In this document: positions 1 to 14,300 of the stretch, piece by piece
Position numbering within the stretch: the stretch's first letter is position 1
Layout: each line of letters begins with the position of its first letter
Assembly: GCA_028534125.1 (NCBI GenBank)
Contig: CM052832.1
Location: 14,572,001 to 14,636,000, forward strand
Direction: 5' to 3'
DNA length: 64,000 nt
Source of the DNA: Lama glama
Lineage: Eukaryota
Translations under genes and position numbers: made by a program
Notes under the pieces: model-generated
Seen by the model: the letters and a program-made list of their open reading frames with translations, nothing else
The model's database searches: none
Told to the model about the DNA's origin: nothing

Positions 1-2232
1 AGAAGTGCTTTCTTTTACCTAAGCCTATGAGGTAGAACCCTAGAGCCAGTATTTTGGGACTTGAAGAACATATCTCACTCTTGACTGAATATTTGACCTA
101 ACACAACCCTCAGCTTTCGTCTTTCCAGAACTGGAGCCAACATTTTAGAGATGTGTCCTCATGCGGAAGTACCTTCACTCCCTGATAATTTTTGCTGTTC
201 TCTGGACCTTTCCTCCCTTCACCTGTATTTCGTAAGTAAGGGTACCAGAAATGCACAGATAATTTAAGACATTATCATGGTCTTGTGTGAGGTGCTGTTT
301 TCTGTGTTGGCTCTATGTGACCTTCCTGATCATGCAGGTGGGCATTTGGCCACAGCAGCACACTGACTCCTCCTCCTTCTCAGCAGTGCTTAAGTTTCTT
401 TCCTGAGTTCTAACAGAACTCACTGCCTCATTGGTTGCTGAATCTTCCACTAAGTGCATTACTTCACACTTACCTACACCAAACCTCACCTGTCACTTTC
501 CTGAGTATTCACAGCCTGGTTCGTGCATCTTCTGTGATTTTCCTTTTTTCTTTTTTTTTAATCTTTTCTGATTTTATCTTTCACTGCCTAGAAGTAGTGA
601 CATTTGATTGCATTGTAATACTTTCAGGTTATTTATAAAAATCTTAAATAAGGTTAAACCAAACATCAACCCATCTGATTGTTACACTGTTAACAATCTC
701 TCTAGAAAGATGTTTACTCTTAAGTCTCTAAGTTGTTTCCTAAGCATGATAGATACACCCATAATCTCATAGTAATTGGTAATTTTAAATTGCCTTAGTG
801 ATGAACCATGACAAAAATTCTTCAAAAGTCTGAGCAAATTAGATCTTATTCCCTCTTGGATGCATGTTTCTTCTTATTCTCAAAAACTAGAATATACAAG
901 TCAGGCATGATTTCCTATAAAGGAAACCATTTTATCTTTCCTTCAATAGGTCATGTGTGATTAAGACTTTAGTGACACTACTAAATCACTATTTTAGCAT
1001 CTTGCCAATTCAAGGTGAGTCAGCTGATGAACTTCTGTCCAATCAACACACCTTGAAGTATATCACCAAGCAGTATGGACGAAGATAGAGTGATGCGGAA
1101 GGATCAGGTAGAAAATAGAGAGGGGGAAGTAGCTCTTTTATCAGGCAGAGGCAAAACCTAGTCAGGTTGAAGGGGTTTTTTCCTTTTTTTTCTTTTTTTA
1201 CTTAAGTCAAAATAACATGATTTTTAAAAGCCACAGTGATAGAGGGGTGTGAGAGGCAACAGGCTAAGATGTTTATGTCACAGTTTAAAACACATTTTCA
1301 GCTCCCAAACCACAGAGTGCTAACAAGAGTGCTGGTAGAAAGTCATAGTGCAGACGATGCAGAGGTGCCAGGGACCCTGGGAGAGGAAATGACCTGTGAG
1401 GTGCAGCTGTGGAAGACACAGGACTCAGCAGGCAACAGGGGCTCAGAAGCAAGCTCCACTAGTGATCCCTACCACATCATGCCTTCAACCTAGCTCAGAG
1501 TAAACATCTTTTCCTTGATTTAAATTTCAAACAAATTGCATTACAGAAGGGAAAGGTGATACCAGTGAGCCACAATTGTTGTTTACTTCCTACCGCAGCA
1601 TCACAATAATGAAAGGATCACAGAAAGGAAACTTAACCGTGAAAAACCTGATTGTAGTATCAGCCAAGATGACATGAGTTTGGTTTCCTTTCCAAAATAG
1701 GCAGAATCCATGTCTCACTTATTCCTGTGCCTCTCCTGACTCCCGCCTGGCTGGCTATTTTCTGTTCCACTCTACTTCTGTGGCTGAAGCTCAGGCCTAG
1801 GACTTTTCAGATCCGCCTCAGGAAGCTCTGGGACGTAGAATCTTTGGTGGCTCTGTGGGTGACTGAGATGGGTACTTTGCCTTGTTCACACAGGTTGTGG
1901 AGGAAGCAGATGTCTCTGCCATGAATCCAGGAGATGAAATGGCCCTACAGTGTCGAGAAGATTCCACCTAGTGTGCAGAGGGCCGAAAGGCTTTATACAG
2001 GCAAGACATGATGCTTGAGCCACGCACAAAGCTGCCCCCAATCTCCTGGAACATGGTCGTGCTTTGCCCTGTCTTCCATCCAAGTCAGAACAGCTAGTAG
2101 AAAGGACCCTGCAAGGAGTGAGTTGAGCATCCTTAGCTGACTTGTTTAACACTGGATGGTGCCTGTCACAGGTGATACAATTGCTGGTGATCTCCTCCTC
2201 GCTCCTTGGCACAGGTGGCTGAGCCACTGCTG
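1..2232 (-). other. BLTP3A: BLTP3A 3' UTR (probably continues past the window edge)
   Basis: Downstream of the stop codon and repeat-poor; I saw no canonical minus-strand AATAAA, so the end is not determined. Confidence 0.6.
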
Positions 2233-2358
2233 TCAGAGCTCAAAGAGGGGGTTATATTTCCTAATCTCCTGAAGAAGTTTTTCTTTATCCTGGTTGGCAT
2301 GAGCCAATGCTTCTTTAGCTTCTATAAGTTCCTTTTGTAGGGTAGGCAGTTCTTTCAC
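2233..2358 (-). CDS. BLTP3A: BLTP3A terminal coding exon 21 (coiled-coil-like [11 protein letters not shown]...YNPLFEL*)
   Basis: tgtcag acceptor; 126 nt including TGA. Confidence 0.95.
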   Translation of the reverse strand: MKELPTLQKELIEAKEALAHANQDKEKLLQEIRKYNPLFEL

Positions 2359-5300
2359 CTGACAAACAATAAAATTCACAATTAATGAATAAAGTAACAC
2401 AAGTTGCAAAAACATCTAGTAAGGGAACAAGGAGGAACAATTCAAGCAGAAAAATCCACAAGGTTGGTCAATCAAGAGAACCCAACTAGATCTTTTCTAA
2501 GAGCCTAATACCCTCTTCAGAGTTCATCAGTTACGCAGCAACAGGTGGAAGATACGATCAGCAAGCATTCACCTCTAGCTCCTGACTTACATCCCCTGTT
2601 CAGCACTTCTACAAGCTGCTGCTAGGTGACGGGAGCCCAGAACACCCAGCTGCACGCAGCACAAGCAACCTTTTCAGCCCTCTAGGTTTTACCAGCTTCT
2701 GTGAGTATAGCCCCTAAAGGTTTATGGGAAAGATACCATTCAGTTAGGTCCTCACCTGCGGACCAAAAGCCTCCCCTGTGGGCACCAGAAACACCTGTTC
2801 TTTGGGGGGCTGCCTCTTCTCACTTTTAAGTCTTTCAGCTGATGGTCTGTCCTGAGCAGCAGCTGGAAAAAAAGGGAAAGGTTCTAAATGACAAACTGCT
2901 GGCAACATGCAGACAATTCCTAGTTGTCACCTGTTCCCTTACAGGAGAAAAAAGGCAGAGAAGCCAGGACACTGGCAAGCCAACTCACCGCCTAAGTGGA
3001 ACACACCATCATCACTCCGCTTCAGCACAACATGCTCCATGGCCAGAGTGATGGGGATAGGGCCTGGAGACGTCGGATAGATGGGAGGGATATCATCCTG
3101 CAGGAAAAAGGGAAACCATATGATGCCCCTAGCCAGCTCAGAGCAACTTAGGGAACAAGTCATGCTTCTACCATTGAGCTTGAAGCATTTTTATATCATT
3201 GTTTACCCATACATTCTTTCAAGGTGTGAGAGGCGTTCCTGAGTCTCTCCCATTCTAGAGATGGTGAAACTGAGGATCAGATAACCTGATGGGCTTGCAG
3301 TCATGCTGCATGCCAAAGGTTAGGGATAGAGATAAGTTATCCTCACCTGAACCCAGGATATGTTGCCAGCAATACTCATTTATGTGCTACTATAACATTG
3401 ACAAAGAATGCAAATATGCATTTCCTCATTTGATCCTCACCATATTTTACAGTGACAAGAGAAGAGGTTAACAGCTGTCACTGCCAAAATTCCTTGCCTG
3501 ACAAAGTCTAGGGTAAAATCCAATAGTCCCTCTCACCTTGAGAGTGATCCTGGAGTTCAGAAGCTCAATCTGCATGGGAACTACCACCGGGATCACCTCA
3601 TCCTCCAAGAAGGGCCCCAGGCCATTGAGCACCGAAGTGAGCAGCTCAAGGTCACAGCTTTGAAGCAAGATATGTAGGAAGCCATTCTGTATGGCCAGTG
3701 GGGAATGAACAGCTGCACCAGGCCCCACCTCAAAGCGAAGGCCCACAGCTGGCCTGATGCAGTCAGTCCTCAAAGTTGAGGATTCCTGAAAGCTTGTACC
3801 TTTAAGAAGAAAGACAGAAGGAAAAGATATTAATTAATTACCTGCCAGTGACTATTCTAAGCCATTTATATATCTTTAATATTCATAATGACCCTATGCC
3901 AGAAATATTAGCATTCCCATCTTCTAAGGCAGAACTAAGGCACAGAGAATAACTTGCCCAAGTTACACAACTTCTAAGTAGCAAGGACAGGATCTGCACA
4001 CAGGCAGCCCAACTGCAAAGACCATAGGTTTGGCTCCTTTGCTATAATGCCTCTCGTGGCAGTCCAAGGACCAATAAAAAGCTGGTCTTGCTATGAATCA
4101 GAGGTACTGGGCTATGGTCAGGGGAAAGCTCTTAAAACAGAGAATCCTCAACTCTGCTAAATTTGAACATCTCTTTCTTTTTCCAAGTCTTGGTCTTCTC
4201 ATCTCTCTCTGACAAAGCCAAGCAGGATCTATGTTGATTTCCTCAAAACTCCCTAAAGAACGATCTCAGGTGTAGCCAAGGATATGAAACAACTTACATA
4301 CCTATATAACTGCAAATTGGTACCACCATTCTGGAAAGCAAATTGGCATTATCTAGTAAGATTAAAGCTATATCTACCCTAAGGACCTAGAAATCTTAGC
4401 CTCAGGAATATAAACCTGGAGAAATTCTCCAACATACACATCAGGAGACATGTACAAGGATGGGTATTTCAAGACAGCCCTATTGAAATAGGAAAAAACC
4501 TGGAAACAACCCAAATGTCTGTTCAGAATAGACCAAAGAAATAAATAGAGTAATGGGTACAGGGATATTTTGGGGGTGATGGTGATGGTCACAGAACTCT
4601 ATAAAGCTTATTACTAAAATTTATCAAATTGCATACTTACAATAAGTGAATTTCATAGCTGCAAATTATACTTCATTAAGGCAGTTTTTTAAAAAGCGAA
4701 AAGTGGTATATTTCTATAATAGAATATTAGACAGTAGTGAAAATGAATGAATGATAGTTAACTCAACAACCTAGAAGAATCTGAAGAATATCATGGGACT
4801 TGAAAGAAGCAAATCACGAAAGAATACAAACTATAATTCCATTTAGAAAAACTTGAAAACCTGCAAAGCTAAATAATACATTGATACAAACACATGTGGA
4901 AGAATTGTAAAGCAAGAGAATGATAAATACAAAATTCAGGATAGTGATTCCCTATAAAAGGAGAGAGGCAAGAGGAAGGTTCAGGAGAGGGGCTCCCAGG
5001 GACTTCAAAGTTAATGGCACTATTTTATTTATTAAAGTAGGTAATGAGTATGTGGGCTCATTGTATTGTTATTATTTTATATACTTTACATATATTTTAT
5101 AATTATTTTTTACTATCTATTCAATATTTTAAAAAATAATTTTTTAAAACAAAGCATATAGCATAAGCCCAGGTTTTTCCTGTCATCTTTTAAAGTATAA
5201 ATGATAACTCACATCAAAGGACTGAATCAGAAGTTCCCTGATTAGGTATAACCTGACGTTAACAGCCTCAAAGAACTGGACGCTGTCCTCATGTGTAAGC

Positions 5301-8300
5301 TTAAAAGCACCTGGGAAGTGAGGATGGAGAAAAGCCTACTGAGTACAAAGCCCCAGAAAGAGCTCTGGGAAGAAGGTTTCATTGGAGTTCTTCATCTCCT
5401 TAATGGCTGCTGGAGAGAAGGGCCAAGGACTTGGCACTAGGGTAGCTGCCCTTGAAGCACAGTGACAGGAACAAGTTAAGTTATGGCTACCCCAGAAAAA
5501 TCCCACCTGCTCTCCTGGAAGGGCCACCATCCTCACCCGGGCACTGTCCATGCAGGAACTGCCAGAGTCCCACGGTACCCAGCTGCTGGAGGGCCAGCTC
5601 CTCTCCTTGCAGGGCCACAGTCACATCCTCGCCACGTACTTCAATCCCCAAAGATACTTTGTTCACCTTCAGAACCAGAACTGAGACCTGTAAAGGTAGA
5701 TTCCCTTAGTTGAGTCCCAAGCTTCCAGCCTAGGGCCTACCCTCTGCACAGAAGAAAGAAGAGCAGCTGACCAGATGAAGACTGAGGTCTTCCCCACTGG
5801 GTGAGACTGAACTGTTGGCCTCTGGTGATCCCTGGCCATAACTATCCACAACAGGGCTCCCTTGAACACCAGCATTGTCTAAAGCATTTGGAAGAGATCC
5901 TGATGGAAGAGATTCTGGACCAGACTCTGCATAAGAAAGATAACAAAAGAGTTTGGAAGTCAAAAAATTCTATTCAAATCCAATCTCTAAAAACAGTGAC
6001 AATTGTAAGAGCAAAACAAAACATTTATGACACTTATGAGACAACTAGAAATTTGAAGACTACTAGATAGTTTATGAATTTAGGGAATTATTGTTAATTT
6101 TTTAAAATGTGATAGTGGTATTTAGTCACATAAAAAAAGTCTGTAAATTGAAGCAACCCAAGTGTCCATGGACAGATGAATGGTTAAACAAAATGTGGTA
6201 TAAACATACAATAAATATTTAGCCTTAAAAAGGAAGGAAATTCTGACACATGCTACAACATAAATGAACCTTGAGGACATTATGCTAAACGAAACAAGCC
6301 AGACACAAAAGGACATATACTGTATAATTCCATTTACATGAGAGACCTAAGTGGTCAAATTCATAGAGACAGAAAGTAGAATGATGGTTGCCAGGGGCTA
6401 GTGGAAGAAAGAATGAGGAATTATTGTTTAATGGGTATAGAGTTTCAGTTTTGCAAGATGAAAAGAGTTCTGGAGTTGGAAAGTGATGATGATTGCACAA
6501 TGATCTGAAAGTACTAAATGCCACTAAATTATAGTTAAAATGGTCAAGGTGGTAAATTTTGTGTTATGTGTATTTTACCATAACTTTAAAATATTTTTAA
6601 TATTTAAAAAATCCATTTTCTAGAGATGTATAATAAAAATACTTACAGATAAAATTATATGTTTGGGATTTGCTTCAAAATAGTATGGGAGGAAGGGAAG
6701 TGGGTAGAAGAATATATGAAACAAGAATGGTCATAAGTTCTTAATATCTGAAGCTACGTAATGGGTACATGAGAGTTTCTTATTTGGTTCTGTCTACTTT
6801 TAAATATTTGCACGTTTCCATAAGAAGTTAATAATAATAACAAAACAAACATAGGTATATACCATCCAGCTTAAGAAACTACATTCTCTTTTTATTTTAC
6901 TTTCATTTAGATACTCTTAAGAGACAATTTGAAAAGTTTTCATTTCAATAAGCTGAAAGAACCAGTGTAACTACCAGTGGTGATTAATCTAATTCCTAAA
7001 AGTTACTTGTTTTATCATAGACAAAAAGCTCACAGTTATTTTCCAACAATAAAATACATAATTAGGCAAAAACAGACAACAAACACATACAGCACTGACA
7101 ACAGCCACAAAATCAGTCCTACTGTCGTAGCTATGTGACTGTAAGACTAGTGCTCTCTTTTCTGATCTGAGTCTTGTTCTGTGATAAAGATCAAATTCTA
7201 AACAATAACCTAGAAGATGTGAGGATAAAGTCAGAGCCACAAATCCACTAAAATTTCTATCTTCTTTTAGTTTTGATTAAGAAAATGTCTATTTTATCAA
7301 ATCTCAGCTCCTTTCACATTCTGCCAGTCTGAATACAGGGAGGCAGGAAGAACCTTCTCCAGACTCTGCAACTCTGCCTGGCTCTGCTTCCACCTACCAG
7401 ACTCCAACAGCATCACAAAGCTCTCACTGCCATCACTGTCCACTGACATCTGGTCTTCAGGGCCACTGTTATCCAATGAGACACCGTCAAATGACTGCTG
7501 AGATACCGTCCTCTTCATGGAGAAAAATCGGAGTCGGGCAGCACCTCCACTTACTGGGGCTGCCACCCCCTCCTCTATCTTGGCCACCGGCTCTCTGTTT
7601 AAAAAACAAAAACCACAAATGAGCCTTAGGAGCCATGTTGTTCCATTCCCTTGTAATACACAACCTTTTCAGCCCAGATGGTTATTGTATACGTTAAACT
7701 TTGATGTCAATTATTACTTGCTGTAAGAGGTCTCCATTTTTCACCTGCCTCATTATTCTAGCATTTCAAAGTGGATAAGCCTCTCTCTCATATCAACACT
7801 AAGTGTCAAAAGTTATTTAGGGTCATCTCATATGCAGATGAGACCAACTACGTAAAGCCCTGGTGCTAATGAATAGCACTGAAGCCACCTACGTTCATTC
7901 CTCAAGTACTTACTGAATAACCTGCATACAAGGCACCATACGAGGCACAGGGTCAGGGTGGGGGTGAATAAAGTGATGAATAAGACATCCCCTATCCTCA
8001 AAGAATTTATATTCTATCAGGAGAGAGGAGACTTAAACATAGACGACTTTATATGGGAATTAGGTCACACAAACCATAAAAGAGAGGCAAGGGTACAAGC
8101 CAAAGGCTAGACAATACCCAAGAGGGGAAAGGATGCAGAGAAGGGGATTAAGAATGACCTTACAGGAGGGGGTAGGTAGAGCTCAGTGGCAGAGCACATG
8201 CTCAGCATGCACAAGGTCCCGAGTTCAATCCCTAACACCTAAAAAAAAAAAGACTTTGTGGAAAGAGATAACACTTGAGGTAGTCCTTGAAGGACTGTGA

Positions 8301-11300
8301 AAGAGATAGGGAAGAGGGCTTTTAATGGGGGAAAACAGCATGAGCAAAGGCATGGAGCTGGAAAATAAAAAGTACCTTTGGAGACTAGTAAGCAGCTCAG
8401 CCTAGATGGATGGTAGGTTTTGCTGAGGGAGAGTAACAGACTATAAAGTTAGAAAATTTTCTTTAAAGAAACCTTTAAGGAACTTTCAAGCCAATCCTCC
8501 CATTTTACAGATGAAGAAACTGACACAGTCACAGTTAAATATGAAACTAAGAAAAACCCAAGTCTCCTTACTTCTTGCCAAGTGCTTTTACCACAAGGGT
8601 TGCAGCCAAATTACAGAAAACTCTGGACAAAAGATTAGATATAAAAGTGCTCTGAAAACTGTAAAGTGTAGGGGTATATGGGAAATCTCTGTATCTTCTA
8701 CTCAATACTACTGTGAAGTTAAAACTGCTCTAAAAAATAAAGCCTATTTAAAAAAAACTGCAAGTGCCATATGGATATATCACAATAATTGATTATGCCA
8801 CACTAAGAAGTTCAAACTCAATTCAGGAAGTACAAAGAAAAAGACTGAGGTTTTTAGAGTAGGGTAATAACAAGATCATACCTGTGTTTTAGGAAGTCTG
8901 ACCTGGCTTTTTCAGATAAGCCAGAGAGGGAAAGATGTCCAATGAGGGATCAGTTAATAATAGTTTATTAAAATAGTCCACATGTGGGAACAGACAGGAA
9001 AAACTGATGAGACTCTCTAGAGCTGTGCTCTCAAAGTGTCATCCTCATATAGGAGCATCAGCATCTAACAGGGAACCTGTTAGAAACGCAAATTCTCAGG
9101 CTCCATCTTAGACCTACTTGATGGGGAACTCTGGGGGTAGGGCTCAGCAATCTGTGAGCAATTTTAACAAGCCCTCCAGGCAATTCTGAAGTATGCCTAA
9201 GTTTGAAAGTATGATCAGAACCTAACAAATGCCTAGAAAAGGCAGAGCTAAAATGTAGAGTCTGAAAAAGCAAGAGAATGATGCCACCAAAAAACTAAAA
9301 CAAAAAAACAAAAAAAACCAAAGAACTGATCTGGGGAGGGATAAGGAATTGAGTTTTATGTATGTGAGGTCTGAGGCACCCTGGGAGATCCATGTGGAGC
9401 TCTGGGCAATAGATAGTTTTAAAGGAAGAGCAGAGGAGGGGAGGGAAGTCAGGACTGAAAATAAGGACTATAGCAGAAGTAAGGAGGTGGAAAAAAATAA
9501 CCTAGAGAGAAAGTACAGTTGACCCTTGAACAACAGGATTTTGAACTGCACAGGTTCACTTACATGCAGATTTTTTCAGTAGTAAATATATAGTACTACA
9601 CAATCTGCAGTTGGTTGAATCCATGGATGCACTGAAACCATATACATAAAGGAGGCTCTTATAGGTAAGGCCAATTATAAGTTATATGCAGATTTTCAAC
9701 TGTGCAGATTCAGTGCCCTTAACTCCCACATTGTTCAAGGGTCAACTGAATTAAAAAATGCAGAGTAATATAAATTTTCTGAAAGTTTGGCAAATGCATC
9801 AAGAACCTTACAAATGTTTGTAGTGTTTAACCCAATAATTCCACTTCTGAGTTTTTCTTCTAAAGGCTTAGATATGCATAAAGAGTAATGTTCACAAAAA
9901 TAAAGACAATTAACACAGCATTGGTTCTACCTGAGAAAAAAGTGGAAGCAGACTAAATAACCCCCAATAGTGGATTAGATTGATAAATTATAGCACATCC
10001 ACTTGCAAGAATGTAATTATATATTCAAATACCTAAGAATAGAAAACTATTTACAATAAAACATAAAGTAAAATACGAAATTTTCTATATTATATAGAAA
10101 TAATATAATCTTATTATAAAACAATACCTGTATATTTTATGTGTATACACATATAAGCATTCACATGGATACATAAATATATGTATAAAATTTGGATGAA
10201 AACAGATCCAAATGTAAATAGTGGCTATCTCAGGATAACGTCGTTTCAAGTGACTTTTATGTTTTCTTCTTTATTCTTTTATTTTCCTCATTGTTAACAA
10301 AATAAACACAAATCATTTTCATAATTTAAAAAATAAAGATTATGGTAAGAGTGATCAGAATATGGACAGCCTAGCCCTGTGGAACAATTATATTTATGGG
10401 ATAAAAGGAAGGAGAGCAGTCAAGGAAAAAGCAGAGTACTTCTGAGAAGTGTGAGTAACTGGGCAGGGTTACCAATGCTCAGACTAAACCGACCAGCAAG
10501 GTGAACTGCCGCAGAGGATTCCTGGAGAGGGAGGACCAAGAAAAGGCCACCAGGGGCGGGCAGTAGGAAGTCAATGCCAGTGTTTAAAAAAGAGTTTGTA
10601 CCACACACCTTTCTTTTCTCCTTTCTACCTCTCCTCTTTTCCCATCTCCCTTACTCTTCTCCATTTAGAAAGGGCAGCACATTTGGTGATCGGGAGTCTA
10701 GGCTATCAGTCCTCACCCCATCACTTACAAGTTGTGTGATCTTGAGCAAGTTTCTTACCTCTCTGAGCCTCAGTTTACTCAACTGTAAAATGGGGAGTGA
10801 TATTAGTTCCTGCCTTATAGGGTTCTTACAAGAATCCAGTGGATTAATACTGTAATATTTAGGACAGTGCCTGACATACAGAAAGCACTCAATAAACATT
10901 GCCTAGTATTACTTTTATCATTTAGCCCTTTAAGTTTTCCTTTCCCTTCCTCCTAAGCTATATATGCCTAGCAGGTACTAACACAACTACAGGCATTGCT
11001 TAGAGACCCACTTAAGACAGCTCACTTAGACAAAAGCTCTTAAAGCCACTGATCTTCAAACCCTAGTCCCCAAAACACAAAGTGTCCCAGCTAAGTCTTT
11101 ATTATCTTTCCTAAAGCCATAGGAAATTCATCAAAAAATCCTTACCTTTCCACTTTGACTTTTGAATTTCGGTGTTTTCTGTTTACTCCCTACTGTACCT
11201 CCAGTGCCTAACACAGAGCCTGGCACACAGTAAGGACTCAAAAGTATTTGTTGAATGAATGGATGAAATTCTTCCTCCTCTATTAGTCTGACAGATATTG

Positions 11301-14300
11301 ACAAGGTATACCAGAAAGAGCAAGTCCAAAGCCCCACCTTTTCCATTTACAAGATACAGGATCCATGGGCTCACCCTCTCTGAAGCCTCAGTTTCCTCAG
11401 CTATAAAGTGGGTGTACAAATATCTGTATCCCTTCTGCGGGGATCAAATCAAACAAAATATTACATGAGAACCCACTGAAAAGAATAAAATATCACACAG
11501 ATGCTAGGTGTTATTATCCTGATATAGCATATCTGTATCAATAGTAGTGAATCAGTGAAAGAGGAGACAACTTGATGTTAAGAAGCAATCAGGGCTACCC
11601 TGAAAACTGCCCAAGAACAGGCTAAGCTACATGGAGGCATGTGAAAATCCATGGAGTTTTGTGTTATTTTATTGCAATTTCTGGTTCTTCCCTTATCATA
11701 GAATTAGATATAGTCCTGAAAATAAAGTCTCTCTGATTGGTATACCTATATCCTCTAAGTAGCCTGAAAGTTCCTCCACTGCCCTATGGGCAGCTCTGAA
11801 AACTAAAGGCTTTGCCACAATAAATAGGCCATTTTATACATGCTCCTGGACTACACGGTGCTTCCCAATTTAAAAGTACACACAGCGGAAGGCCTTGAGC
11901 CCAATGGCCAGAACTAGGAGAAAGAGATGAGGTGAGTGAAGGAGGCAGAGAACCACTCACTTGGCTGGGGGAAGAGACAACATCTTGTGCATGGTGGAGG
12001 TCATTCGGTCTCTGCCCAGACTGAAGGCATCCTTAGTCAGGGACACAGCTTCCTTGGTGAGGTCCATGGTGGCATGTAGAGCCTCCTTGGTGGCATCCTT
12101 GGTCATGTGAATAGCACTTGACAGTTCTCCCTCAATGTTCTTCAAGGGGATGAGCTCGCCCTGTCCTTTCACAGTAGTATCCTTGCCACATGGGGGCTTC
12201 AGTGCAGCTGGTGAGCTAGATGCTTGGGCTCTGCTCAGTCTCTTTGCCTGTAAGGAATCGACTGCCTCGTGGCTCTTCCCAGCCTCCAGCTGTGCAAGAG
12301 AATCTGAGTACTGTACTTCTCCATTGCTATGGAGAGGCAGTGGTCTATCCTGGGATGCATCCAGATTGTCAATGCCACTATCCTCTAGAACCTTCTCAGG
12401 GCTTGCTGGGCCCTGTTCTGAGGAGGCATCAGACTTGAGCTCCCTATCCTCTGAAGGGGACAGCTCTGAATCTATGAGACTGGTAGTATTTGAACCCTCA
12501 GAGTCCACTTCAACAGCCCCAGGGGCAGGATGCATGAGCAGAGCCACCTCAGCGCTAGGGAAGAGAACCCCAATGCAAGCTGTCTGGTCCTGGAGGGGAG
12601 ACCCAGTCATGGCCTCTGTATCCTTAGTCAGCTGCTCCTGAAGACCCTGCAGCACCTCCTTCAGGCGGAGGAGAGCCAAGTACTGGTAGTGGTCAAGCCT
12701 CACGCGGACATGTGCAGGGGAGTGTACCAGCACGTGCACATCTGCGGCATCCTCCAGCTCTGCCAGAGACCCTTTGGTGTCCACAGCACCGCTGCCTTCT
12801 TTCAGAATTTCCATGACTTCTGTAAGGCCTGACAGGCTTTTCAAATCATGCTCAGTCTTTGACCTCTGATGGGATACTGTGTCAGGGGCAAGGGCCTCAG
12901 AACGGACAGGACTGCCAAAGCTGGCCGATGGTTTCAGCCTCCCTTCTGTGGCCAGAAGGAGCTTTCGTGCCTGGGCTTGCTGCCAGCGGAGGGGTAGGCA
13001 GGCCCAAATGGACAAGGGGAAGGGGGCCACGAAATTCAAGGTATGGCCTTTGAAGTTCTCTGTTCCCTCAAAGTCCAAGGAGATCTGGGTGAAGTAGATG
13101 GACCAGAGATCCTGGGATGCCTTAAGTCTCTGGGGAGGGAGGGTACTAGACTGAGGAGGGCGGGAATCCACCTGGAAGGCATGATGCAAAAAAAGCATGT
13201 GCAGAAGGCTAAAGCCACCTGGAACCTTGGGGAACTGAACATAACTGGAATGAAAGAACTCAGCAGCAGCAAAACCCCGGAAGAGACTTTGGAGGTCTGG
13301 ACAGCTACAATATGGGGCATGACGTGTATTGGTGGCAGTCATGCCTGATACAGAGAAGACAAGGGCCTGGGGACGATGCAACCCAGCCTGTTCTCTCTTC
13401 TCCAGCGGGAAGCTCACCTTCAAAGAGAAAATGAAATGAAACCCAATTCAGAATGGCCATCTGAGTTTCCTCTGCAATCCACCATTAGTACACCCCTGAA
13501 AGACCACCTGGGCTGTAAAATCACTTTCCTTACTTCCATCAAATGGACAGAGCAGAGCCCTGGATTACAGCCATGGCAGAAATGCAGCTGTGGATGTCAA
13601 CAGGGAACAAAATTCCTGCTCTCTCCCTACCTTCAACCAGAAGGCATCCAGTCGAATATCCAAGTGTTCATCTTTCTGGCTTGAATCCTCCAACTTGTAG
13701 ATAGCTTTGAACTGCTCCAAGCTGCGGTATAAATCCAGGCAGAAGAAGTTTCCCCAGAGCAAGCTGACGGGATGCATAGTAAATGTCAGACCATTTAACT
13801 GAATGTAGAGATTGGGACAGGGAACTGGAAAGCAGAGAAAAACAGAATCACCATGTACGAAGTAGCAGCCCCACTCTTACTCACCAGTTAATATTCATTT
13901 TATTATCAAGAGAGCAAAGGTACATGTTTAAACAGGGCAGAGTTTTCAACAAAGGTGTGCTAAATTAACCCAAACACCTAAAACTCCTAAAAACAAACGA
14001 GAATATAAGCAGAGACCCAAAGGCTGACAAATGTGAAAAGCATGCACTAGTCAGTAAGAAATGACCAGTAAGACTTGTCAGATGCTTACCTGGAAGCTCC
14101 TGATTATCTGGGAAATAATACTCTGTGAACTCAATATGAATGGCAGAGACCTGAGTGGGGAGGTTGTGAAGTTTCCGACTGCAGGAAAGGAGTGTAGATG
14201 GCTTCTTACTTGGCTGTCCAGCTGTAGAAACCTGTGCAATCACAAGTTGCTGTTAGCATCTGTACGTCATCCAGAATAGAATTTCCCCGATTTCCTCTGA

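Noticed and set aside
1236..2227. Short ORFs in the 3' UTR region
   Set aside because: No recognisable homology or coding-like features; lengths are consistent with chance.
10651..10899. 82-aa ORF
   Set aside because: It is the translation of an antisense MIR element.
12135..13684. Several + strand ORFs (up to 168 aa) over exons 13-14
   Set aside because: Antisense shadows of BLTP3A coding sequence, with no independent homology or splice structure.
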